Source of the DNA: Phoronis australis
Taxonomy: Eukaryota > Animalia > Phoronida
Direction: 5' to 3'
NCBI GenBank assembly: GCA_002633005.1
Contig: NMRA01000304.1
Span: 399,200-463,199 of the forward strand
DNA length: 64,000 bases
The position numbers and the translations under genes are program-made. The notes below the pieces were generated by a model that searched no databases, had not been told where the DNA came from, and saw only the letters and a list, made by a program, of their open reading frames with translations. Below, piece after piece: positions 1-11,338 of this stretch; position 1 is the stretch's first letter, and every line of letters starts with the position of its first letter.

Positions 1-959
1 GCTTTGTCAGTAATTCTCCTGTGTTTGTTTTACGTAGACAAGTAATCCTGATTAATCATGATTATAACACCCATTTTAGGAATATATTAAGACTATTCAA
101 TTAATATCCGTTTTAGTAATATCCCTGGATGGATTCATCATCAGTTTTAAATAAAAACTCCGAAACAGTAGAAACCTTATCAATACATTTGAATTCTTTC
201 AGTCAAAACTGAAGCCACGTTGCGTTTTTAGGGAATTCGATTTACTTATACAAATCACATCGTGGTCGTTTGACAAAAGCACAAAGTAAATTAACAGGAT
301 AAGTACACAGCATTATTTAGTTTTCAGCGTATTACGTGTAAAAACATTTCCTCGGTGATCACTCGATATTATTCCGGGGGATAATAGGACAAAAGGTGTA
401 TTCAGGGATGTGTCGTTCAGCCGGGTATATTTTTTAGGCCAGATTTCCTACGAAATGCTGCCTTTCCTACTTCATTCACAACAGGAGAAGTCAGTTTGGG
501 AGTGAAATAAAAAAGAATACTGCATCTGGAACAAACCTATGAAATAAGGACTTTATGCAAGGATTTAGGAAACTCCTTGCAAATGGACGTTTTTTACTTG
601 GTCACTCTCTGCTCTGAAGCATTGATTATCCTATCTCTCCGGATGCATACCTACGTTAAAAATAATCTAGTATTCCTAGAGTGTTCTCTTCCGAAGTATC
701 TTTGGGCAGTTGAAGCGGAAGATTCATGTTGTATGTATCACGTGTTTGTATCACATGTTAAGAGAACCATGTGACAAATTAACGCGTTCTGAAAAAGCGG
801 GACTGTCGAAAGTAAGCCCTCGCTTTATCCAAGTTACAAAGTTTGGACATTGCAAATGCGAAATCAAAGAAACTGGTAGACGTTATTACGTTTCTTGTGT
901 GAATCGAATGTGTCATCAGAATTTTAGGCGATTTGATTTTTTTCAAAAATTTTTAAAGT

Positions 960-1086
960 GAACGCAGTCACAAAGAAATTCATTGTAAGAGACGACATTT
1001 CGCTTAATTAACTGAAATTCTTCATCAAGTGAGTTCATACAATTAAGCGAAATGTTTTATAATAAATGTCTTTGTGATTGACGTTG
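960..1086. repeat. Imperfect inverted repeat (foldback)
   Basis: cacaaag..acatttcgcttaatt vs aattaagcgaaatgt..ctttgtg. Confidence 0.7.
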
Positions 1087-3857
1087 TTTTAAAATGTATA
1101 AGTTTTTGATTTTTGTGTCCAACTGATATTAAGCACGGTGGATCTAAAATGAATCTTCATTTTGAGGCGATGAATTAATGAGGTTAGTCTTTGAGTGCGT
1201 ATTTGGCACATAATCCATTTTTAATGCTTTCTATTCGATTTTTTCTTTTTGGATAGTCAAACCTCGTCCATAATAGATGGCTGAACTATCACCATTTTTT
1301 CGTACTTTCGTAAAATCACTTTATGCAACAAGGCTTTACAATGAACTGGCTTTTTTAAAATCGTTCATTGCAGTACATGGTGATTTTCCCGAAACAGGTC
1401 CAAAACCTTTGTTAGTATTTGTTTTCTAACTGTGTCAGGAACTTCAGTTTTGCAGAATGTCAGTTTTAAGTATGTTAGCTCGTGCTGGTGTTGAACTGTT
1501 TTTAATGCTAGCGTCTTCGGCGGCGTCTCAGCGGCTTTCTCGACGCTCGTTGCATTTAATCAACGGGGAGGCGTGAAATAATGTATGCAGTCTGGCCTAC
1601 CGCGTTGAATTGTAGACCATAGTCGAACTAAGACAGTCTTATATGAATTCAAGCACTTTTACTGTAGGTGCTGGAAATATAGTCTATAATCTTCAAAATA
1701 CAATTCGATGCGTCTTTCCTAATCGAAAAGCACATCCGCTGAGCGCGATATTGACACACTGTCTGAAAAACGCTGACAGCGTTCAACAATCTACCTACAG
1801 TATATATTAAAAGTGGAACATCCATGTATGTTTGAGGACTTTGCAAAACCGAAATCGTTGCACACGTGAAGGAACACACAGATGAAAAACGCATTTTGGA
1901 CTATTTTCGAATGAGTTGACTTTCTGAAGTTATTAGACTTAACCAGAGCTTTAGAACAACAAAACCCGCTGTTTTTTTTTTCGATTTTATTACAAATCGC
2001 TATTTCTCGCCGTTGTCTGCCAGACATTTACAGAAATCGTGCTGTGGCCGGTTGCATGAAACAGTCCCAAATAGACTCAACTAAGTTCCCTAAATCTACT
2101 GCGTATTTTTGAACTTGTGAAAACACTGATTGTCCTTTCTTATGCTGTTTTAGTTCCATTACTAAGTCAATTTTTGGCTTTGATACAAATCGAGAAGGAA
2201 CCCGACGTTGAATTCTCAATATTATCGAAAATGTATAAGGATCTTTTCACGTAAAGCTCCTAACTTCAGGACTGAGTCCTTGTTTATTTCATTGAATCCA
2301 GGGCTCACGTCTTAGTTATATTATTAGAAAATGTCTTTAGTCAAACAGGAGATCATAGTAAAGATGAAATGCTAGAAAAAGATTACATCTGCGAGTAAAT
2401 AAAGACGCAAATAGTCTTCGGGACTGTTTCATGCAACCCGGCACTTGAATCTTAACAATTTAAATGCTCATGTAATACAACGTCTGGTTCGCAGCTCCGC
2501 TAGGAGAGCTTCTGACTGCAACTGCAAAGATTTCACATTCCAATCCGCGCCCAGGCTGACCTCAGAAAATCAACTTTTCGCTGGTAATGTCACTTTAAAT
2601 GAACAATTAATAATGCAGTTTCTGTCGTGTAAAGTGCGTGAACAATAACTTTTACACATCAGCTTATGTAATAGTCGAAGATCTGTCTGGGTGAAGCTAG
2701 ACGAAGGTGAGAGTTGACACGAACATCTGAGGGCAGTCACTGTAGTGGAATAAAATTGAAAACGTGTTTCTTGGGCTCATTAATAACGCATTGACAATTA
2801 GAGTTATTGTGACTATTTCCATGACGCGTTTAATTGACTGCTGCAGCTAGTTTCTCCACGCACAGAGGATGCATGTGTCAAAATATGATCCATTGGTGAC
2901 ACTTAGAACATGAAATGGGCCACGATTTGGCAAAACAGGGTACATGTACACAAGTAGTAAGGCGTTTAATCATTTCTATTCTTGTCATGTCGATAAGAAA
3001 ACGCTCACGCAAACTGTGTACATTTCCTCAAAAAGACTTTATCTGAGGTCTAACTCTTAAAAGTGTTTGTCATATTATACAAATTCTTTTCTTGGCATTT
3101 TCTAACACGAAATGGACCATGATTTACGAAAACATTTTTGAAACATGTGAATATTTATACTGATACAACTACATTGTTTAAGGGCATTATTTTTTTTTTA
3201 AATACCTTGGCCATTTTGTAAATCTCAAACATGGCGTTTTTAGCTGAGTTAACCATTTTGAAGAAAAGTGCTGGTGTTGCAATACAAACCAAATGAGACA
3301 TAAAATGTTACCTAATAACGTTGATACTCTGGCACACAATTACCGACAAAGTCGTAAACATGGGTAGTCACACTTTTGAAAGTCGATATCGATGCAGTGC
3401 AAACACATACAGTGGGTTGAAATATACGAAATGATTTAAAAACAAAATGATTTCCGGGTGAGAATATTCATTTGGTGTTTGTTATAACCAAAACTGATTC
3501 CGCATCACTGACCAGAAACGAACGCTTATTTGTTGTCCACCTTCAAACTACGTAATAGACACGCTTACATCGTGACTGACTGGCGAATATTATTTTTAAC
3601 ATTGAATCAGTAGGCGCAAAGACAAAAGCGGCCTTCAAAGGGCTCAAGAGTCACTAAATTCTCATCAGTGATAGCGTCCGCGAACAGGAATACGCACAAA
3701 AGGGCAACGAAGTAAAATCTGCATTGCATATTATCTTTTCCAACTAAGTGGCAACATATTATTTGCGCAAAATGAGTATAAAATACGCAAATCAATATAT
3801 ATCAGCGTTTTATTGTCCATTTAATGCTATTTCATTCAATAGAGACATTTAGTTGGG

Positions 3858-3910
3858 TGACACGTGATGGACATCCCTCGATGAAAATGGAATCTCCTGC
3901 GACTATAAAT
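3858..3910 (+). promoter_or_regulatory. Core promoter of the prepropeptide gene: E-box CACGTG (3861-3866) and TATA box TATAAAT (3904-3910)
   Basis: Motifs read directly; the TATA box lies about 90 bp upstream of the ATG, consistent with a short 5' UTR. Confidence 0.55.
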
Positions 3911-3995
3911 TGAAAACTTTTACTTCTTTCGTTAAGATAACTTAAGTGGCAAACGCACACAGTCAAACTTTTTACAAGTATCTAAAATTTCGAAA

Positions 3996-4071
3996 ATGAA
4001 GCAGTTACTGGTTTTGCTACTGGTAGTTTTTGTTCTCGACACGGTGAAGTGCCATTGGTACGGCAAAAGAG
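3996..4071 (+). CDS. Prepropeptide coding exon 1 (signal peptide + HWYGKR)
   Basis: 25 codons + 1 nt, followed by a GTATGT donor at 4072. Confidence 0.85.
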
Positions 4072-6768
4072 GTATGTATTCTATTGTATGTCGATTCCAA
4101 ACTCTTTCATATTTTGTCGATAAGAAAATTAACCCTTGCTTCAGCCTTTTCATGAATGCTGTGAACTGTATCCACCTGCTTCATTTACCATTAATGTAAT
4201 TTTTGCAATTGTATCGATTTCGGTCCTTAGATGTCTGAGGTGGGCAATTTTGTCGTTATACAATTCGGAGCGCGTAATATTTCAATCAAGTTACATTTGT
4301 AAAGTGTGTGTGTACATAAAGTGATTTCAAAATTAGTGCATACGCGAAATTGTTTATCCGATCTAAAAATTTCAGATTTAGTTCACATCTTTAGAGCAGT
4401 TAATTTCTTATTTTTTAAAGAAATGTTGCCGAGTCGGGCGATCAAACACTTGAACAACCCATCTATTAAACGTACAACATTGGTGTCTGAACCTTATATC
4501 TTTGACTACAGTTGCAAAACAACAAAATCTGTTCGCGGTAGAATTAATAAAAATACAGGGGCAGATCTCACAGGTTTGTTGTTCAGTGAAAAAAGAATGA
4601 AAAACGCGAGCGGTGCTTCTTGTCAAAGACCGTTGTGAAAAAAAAACAAGAGAGCAACGCTCCTGACTAAGCGTGCGAAAATTAGACAAAAGTGAACTCA
4701 TTGAAAGAGTAAGCTCCCTGGAGTAAGAATTTAGGAACGAAATCTAGGGCTTAACTGCTGTGCGAGAAGAATTGAACATTTCAGTAAGGTCTGGCTGGCC
4801 CGACCTCGGGTCTTGTTAGACAGCCGGGTGGGTAGGCCTATGGGTTCTTCTTTGGTCTTTCACAAGCAGCTTGACTTTCATGATTACATTTTGTTGATAT
4901 GTTCTATGAAAAACTTACATTTATTGTTGAACTATTTGTAATGTTTCCGGTGTGTCACTAATTATCCGATTGACTTTCTCGCTGAATGGCAAAATGAAAA
5001 TATTTCGAATGTTCTCGGCCAAACGCAAATATAAATTATTCGCTTTTCAAAAATGCCAAACACGCTTTGAAAATTCTGTGGCTTGGTGATTATAACTTTT
5101 AGTCTACGTCATTTTGGAGCTTTTGGATATCGTGACTGAAATGAGAAATTGCACACATTTGTGCAGAGCAAAGTGTGCATGAGAGTGAAGGGTACGTGAA
5201 GGTCACGTGGTTCAACAGGGAGGTCGACGCTGTCGTTGCCCTCAAGGTAGCAAAGATGTGCTGTAGAAAAAATCCTTACAACAAAAACTCATGGAAGTTA
5301 AAGACGGAGTTCTCAGCAATTCCTGAAGAAGAAGAAAGAAAAGAATTAAGATTACGTTAATCTTTAATTTTATTTGTTATCCTTCTAATTTCACATTTCG
5401 TTGACAGTCGTTACATATGCCGTAATATGATAATAACGATGTACACGCACTTTCTCCAATGAAATTAAACCTTAAGTAAACTTTAATAGCATTCTCAATG
5501 GTTGGTCAATGCTTGTGAAATCTGAATAACGGAAAGTGTATCGATTTTTTATCATATCAATCTAGTTGCTCAATAATTAAAAGAGTTCGCAACAATTCCC
5601 CTTGTAATCGTCTTAATCTAATCAGTGGTTTAAATCTGTCATCCTGTGAAGGTAATTTGGTTTCATAAGCGACAATGTCAAAGTGACAAATAGCCTGTAC
5701 CTATACATGAAAAAACTGTTTTGGTTGCGTTATTACTTGTTTGTAATCATTTAGAAAATTTGTTAACATGTAGTATTGTCGGTTTTTTAATTATATCTAT
5801 TTATGTTGTTCATTTTTTACATTTTTGTATCGTGAAATTTAAGCTCGGCAACACATTAGGTTTAGTTTGCAAAGAATCACGCTTTGTCACTTTATTTGGC
5901 CGAATGTTGACTTAAAAGAAGAATAGGAAACTGAAACAACATAAAGGAACAAGATTTTGTTGTAAAAATCAATTTTTATGTTTCTGGTGAAACGAAAAAA
6001 ACGTTTCAAAATATATAAGAGCAAACCAATATGAAGCTTGGACAGACATCACAAAATGGGAAGGACGGACGAGAAATGGACAGACCCTCTGACGGAAAGG
6101 ACGGGCCCATGCGAAGGGCGGACGAGAAATGGGCAGACCTTCACACGAGAAGGGTGGACGAGAAATCTGAAGGACGGAGATCCGATGTTATCGGAGACTT
6201 ACTGACGTTTCTCTCTTAATACCTGAAAGCATAGTCCTAGCACTCGTAGAAATATGGTAGCACTACAGTCAGACCATCATAAGTCCCCAAAGTTTTTAAA
6301 TGAAATGTCACGAGGGACATGATAATCAGATTCATGATTGGTTAAGAAATGCATCCGGGTTCGACACAGTGGTTATGTAGTTTTACTACGGAAGGAAAAT
6401 ATAGACACCGTAGATTTTTGAAACGTCTATAATTCAGCTGAATAATGTCAACAAAGTGGTTCATTATAAATCGACTCGAAGGTTCAGTTACGCACGTTCT
6501 CCATTGCCGCGTTGGAAGTGTAGTGATTGCGTTAGACTATCTGATTGAATGAAAAGGCGTGATCAACTATACGCAAGCATAAAGTTTATTTTCGTGTTTT
6601 TACGTTTTAGGAGATACCCATCCTTCACTAAGGGATTATGTAAACCAAAAGAAGGAATCCACCGATTCACAGACAAAAACGAAACTGACGTTCCAAACAG
6701 ACGCCGACGTGCTACGCTACATCAAACTTGTGTTGAACACGTGGGAGGAGGCGCAGGCCAAGAAATAA
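3996..6768 (+). CDS. Putative neuropeptide precursor (77 aa): signal peptide + HWY-GKR + 52-aa associated peptide; coding exons 3996-4071 and 6611-6768
   Basis: Exon 1 gives MKQLLVLLLVVFVLDTVKC-HWYGKR and ends at a G|GTATGT donor (phase 1). The acceptor ttcgtgtttttacgttttag|6611 continues in the same phase as GDTHPSLRDYVNQKKESTDSQTKTKLTFQTDADVLRYIKLVLNTWEEAQAKK* (TAA 6766-6768). Also present: hydrophobic signal with V-x-C cleavage site, Gly amide donor plus dibasic KR, aaaATG context and an upstream TATA box. Confidence 0.8.
6058..6182. repeat. Short degenerate tandem array (gaagg..ggacgagaaat unit, about 3 copies)
   Basis: ggacgagaaat recurs three times in intron 1 of the prepropeptide gene. 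Confidence 0.7.
6611..6768 (+). CDS. Prepropeptide coding exon 2 (associated peptide; exon continues as UTR to 6780)
   Basis: Polypyrimidine tract + TAG acceptor at 6610, open in phase 1, GTAAGT donor at 6781. Confidence 0.75.
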
Positions 6769-7840
6769 ACGGGAAGGGATGTAAGTTTCGTTTTAAACTC
6801 GAATTTTTGTTCAGCCTGTTCAAAGGTGCAGTGTCAACACTCCCACCACAAGTCACCTGTTGAGTTTTCACGAAACAAAAAAATTCCATCTCTAGGCCAC
6901 AGGGAGCGGAGGCCGGAAGGAGGGGGCGTGACCGCTAAATTACTTACGCGCTTTTTGGTCCCCAAGACAGTCATTGAACTGGAGTAACAAATTGCTTGAC
7001 AAGTCTTAAACATTATCCCTCGTGGTATCGTCGCTATGCTTTAATGCCACAGTGGTCCAAATTCCTGAATGGCTTCGACAACGTGCTGCAGAGTTTACAC
7101 ATAGCTGGAAATTCGATGGATACCTGCCCTTTATCTGGGGATAGGGGGGCGATGTCGCGAAAAAGGCTAGCTTTTCAGCGAAAAACCAAAATGCAGATTA
7201 ATTCTACTGTGCGATTAGGCCAAAAAATAAAGTTGGTTTTGATCTTTACCCCGACTCATTTTGAGACCCAAGCTCACCAACTACTATGAAAAACGTCTGC
7301 GCGAATCAGTTTCTGCCAAGGTTTCTTATTTTTTGGAAAGCTGCGCAAAGGTATGTAAACAAGGGTAATCAAGTTTGAAATGTCATGATTTGTTAAGCGA
7401 TGAGCAAAAAAGTCGGTTCTTTTTTGTTCCTCTCCGGTGGATTTGCTTTTGATTGAAAAACTGAGCAACTAAGAAAAAATACCTCACCACCGACTCGATT
7501 TTGACCAAAAATAATTGTGCTATATTGGCCTTTGGAAATTTTTCAGAAAACCATGTCCATAAAGTTATATTTTGCTCTCGGCCGTAACATCAGTATCGCA
7601 AAAATGGGGAATACAGTTTTGTTGGCGAAAACCCTGTCACTTGAATTAAGCGGAATACGTCTCGGTTTGGGTCGCCAGAACGAAACGTGTACTCTTCATT
7701 GTCCACTCATTCGTTCCTCCTTCTAGAACAACCAATAATACGTCTTAGCCAGTGAACCCGAAGGCACCGGCGGAATCAAACAGGTGCAGCCATTGGCGAT
7801 TTAGACATACGTTTGAGATAATCATGTTTTCTAATTTCAG

Positions 7841-8210
7841 ATCGCGCGGAGTGTGGCTGAGCAACAATTGAAGGGAAACAAAGCGACGAATATATTTCAC
7901 ATTGAATCATTTCCCCGTAAACTTTGGAATTGAGGACAAATCGTTTGTAATATACAGGAAATTGTGGGAAATGATCGCGTTAAATTTTGCACTACAAGAA
8001 GAGAGAAAATGGCGAGAACCTGACTAGACGTTGGATATGGACAACAAACGAGTGTAGTGTTAATAGACATTGATTATTGAAAAAAGAGCGGGAACTTTTC
8101 GTTTGTTCTTTTATCATATAATACCAATAAATATCATGGTAATGGTGAATGACGTTAGGGTTGTTTTATGGTATAATATCGGTAATTATTGTGTAATAAT
8201 GGGGAATAAA
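7841..8210 (+). other. Probable 3'-UTR terminal exon of the prepropeptide gene with poly(A) signals
   Basis: Acceptor catgttttctaatttcag|7841 pairs with the donor at 6781; AATAAA at 8126-8131 and 8205-8210. Confidence 0.55.
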
Positions 8211-11200
8211 GCAAGAGTGCTTTCTGAGTTATGTCAATAAGGTTATACAAAGCATTAGTATCGCAGCCGTTGAGAAGTCGTGGGTTCGATTCTTCGACTT
8301 GATGAAAATCCGACTTTTTCCCGAGCTTGGTAAAACTACCCTGTCTTTTGGCTTAAAATCATCGACTGTTGGTCCTTAAAAATGGAACATTTTCATTAAT
8401 ATGTGCAAGGTTTTAAATACCGAGATTTTCGGGAAACATACTCTGAAATATAGACGTTTTCGGAGTAAAGGCCCATGTACCTGCTTCCGGAGACACAACT
8501 AACTAAACATTTCCTCGGTTTGCCGTTGTAGGATTATTATCAATATGGTTATCATTACCTTTCCTGATGTGATGTACTTTCATTGTATACTTAAGTGAGC
8601 CCTAATTACAATTCCTTCTCGAACTGTCGTTTGTATATCAACTGTTTTGTTCAACACCACGATTCCATCTTCATTTTGCAGATAGCTTCTTCGAATGTAA
8701 CTGGCAGTAGCCCAATATCGTGCCACGTGCCAGATTGCACAATATATTGTATTGTCTGTCACCTGACGCGAAATAGTATTAAAATGTCTATGGTCGGGAG
8801 ACTATCTATTTTGTTTGTTTTTTTTTTTGTTTTTTTAAAGCAAATCACGTGCAGATGGAACGCCGCTTTTAACACGCCTGGAAGGAACTTGCTGTTCAGA
8901 TAATCCGATATCAATTACGTGAACTACGGGGTGAAATCCTTGCATCTTGACGAGGAATTCACCTTAACCCATCTCGATTCAAACATCGCTTTTGATTATT
9001 ACAGCAACGTATTATCATTACGAATTGTAACAGCCTGTTACGAAATAAAACAATTATTTTTCTCATACATTTGTTTTTCGTTTCATTCTCCCGTTTACTT
9101 AAACCGAATTAAGGGATGGTTTAATTGCCAATTCAAGTTGCCAGGGATCAATCATTCTGAGGTTGGAGGTGGATTGTTCTTTCTAATTGAATTGTTCAAA
9201 TGGATTACTTGTACGCTCAATAAAGTCTGAAACAATCCCCTGCTCTTAATTGGTCTCGGAGGGAAAGTAACACTTTCACCGCCATTGTGGCAAGAAAACG
9301 CTTCCGCGTTGTAAACCAGTTTCCGTTTTTTCTAAATAGTTATGGGGAAAACTAGAAACCGGTATTATTTAACAAGGAGTTCGATTTGTATTAAACCGAC
9401 TAGTTGACTTGCCAGTCGCATTCTGTAGACAGCCGCCAGCGGACAAGTCTGTGACGACGATTGGGCGAAGGATTGGAGTAGGTGTTTCGTCACTATCCAG
9501 CTTCGAAGAGCTAGCACTGAACACGACCTTTAACTATTTTTAAAGATGGTCACAGGAGAGAACTTTTACGGCTAAAGGTATACTGAGTGCTATTTTACTG
9601 TGTCGAGTGTTTAGATTTAATTTGCCTTAGTCGCAAAGCGAGTCGTGAAATGGGGCAAGTTAATACTACCGTTTTTTACGGTTTTTACATTTTTTTCGAA
9701 TTGAGAAACCGCTTCATTCTCATTTTACCTTACTATGATGTCCACTTTTGAAGCAGGCTTATAGCTACATTTCGCCCTGCTTGAGCTGGGTAAAAAGGAA
9801 AATCTAATAGGCATTTTACTCTCATAAAATAGGTCCCATAACATTCCTTACTGAGAGAGGAGTCCGTTACCGTTACCAACAAAGCTATAAAACCATCAGT
9901 TACTCTAGAAAAACACTTCAGTTTACTGGGATTCGCCAACCCTAAAATTGTGGATTCAAACTTGACGTATTCAGAGTACTCATTGCCTGTGACACGAGTT
10001 TCCCGCTCATTCAAGATCAATGAGTGCGGTAATGGTTGCTAAACGGGCGAAATGCAGATTTAATTCACTCAAACCCCATTGTTTAGAGTATCATCCTCAA
10101 TAGGAAACTTATTTTTTATAGAATTTTTCACAATATTTTTCAACTTAAAACTTGGTTAAAAATTTCATGAAACAGATTTTAACACAAATTAGTTCAGTAG
10201 AAACTGAAGTCCAAATAATGCTCATTCAACAAAACTTCAAATTTACTAAATTTAATATGATTTTTTAAATTTAATTTTCAGTTTTGGTGGTGCCACCATA
10301 GTGAATGACAGCTGACTGGTGCATTATGGGTACTCACTCAACTGTCGCCATAGTAATGAGGTTTCTGTAGAAATCCACTTTATAAAAAAAGTAAAATAAG
10401 GCGAACACAAATAGGGCTAAAAGTTACCAAATGTTTATATTTTAGTGATATCTTCCAGTGACAAAACTTATCCACATTTGTGCATTTAAAGGGAAAAGTA
10501 TCTTTAAATAACAAGCCACAGACAAAAAAACGCATCTGCGAAGCTATCATTGTGCCTTCACTTGAACAAAACAAAAAATATCTCACAAATTCCAGTGTTT
10601 ATTTTCAATTGGATACTTAAACATTACACATTTGACCACAGGACTGAGAAGAGAGCATTTGGTCTTTTACAAGGTAATAGTCAACACTGTGGACTTTTTT
10701 CATATTAATAAAAAGATAAATAAATACAAGATAAAATTTCAATTTAACTATTTAAAATTAGGTAAGACAATTGCTTAACACAAAAGTATTCTACCCTTGA
10801 ACTTGAACTTGCACTTCGGTGCCACACTGACGCTTTTTAAAGGTATATCAGATAACGTTTAGGTAATATTACTATTACCTTGGGACACCCCATACCACAA
10901 AAAGATTAGTATCGAAAGTTTAGTACGGCAAGTAAACAGTTCGTGCTTTCTATGGTTACAATGTGGTTGGAATAAAGCTCACAGTTGTTATTTTTGGCTT
11001 GATAAACCGTTAGGTTCTTTCTTTATCCTACCTTGAAGTTGGCCATTTTTGACCCACAAATGTAACACCCAATAAAACTTTAGAAGTAATTGTTCAGATA
11101 TGACAATGTCATGAGTTGGTAATGGACGGAAATACCCACAGTGATAAAAGATATTTTCAGACAGATTTCCCTGTTATGGAGAAGACTGCCTCCCATATCT

Positions 11201-11213
11201 CTTTCTAAACACA

Positions 11214-11338
11214 CTACTCTGGAAGGAGATCGTCTCCTAATTCTTCATCACCGAACTCGTCCTCAGCTGCTTCTTTTCTCCTAGCAGCAGTTTTTGGTCG
11301 CTCCACTGAGGGGCCTAGTGGATCACTATAGGAGGAGT
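11214..11338 (-). CDS. IFT88: IFT88 coding exon 18 (last)
   Basis: DSSYSDPLGPSVERPKTAARRKEAAEDEFGDEELGDDLLPE*; candidate poly(A) signal on the - strand at 10598-10603. Confidence 0.97.

Noticed and set aside
4072-4199. ORF-track 67-aa version of the peptide with a Cys-rich tail (GMYSIVCRF...)
   Set aside because: It is read-through into an intron past a consensus GTATGT donor; the spliced model is better supported.
6549-6863. 104-aa ORF containing RRRR
   Set aside because: It is an alternative frame over exon 2 plus intron sequence; the phase from exon 1 selects the other frame.
8270-8330. tRNA gene suggested by the B-box GGTTCGATTC
   Set aside because: No recognisable A box or cloverleaf; at most a SINE remnant.
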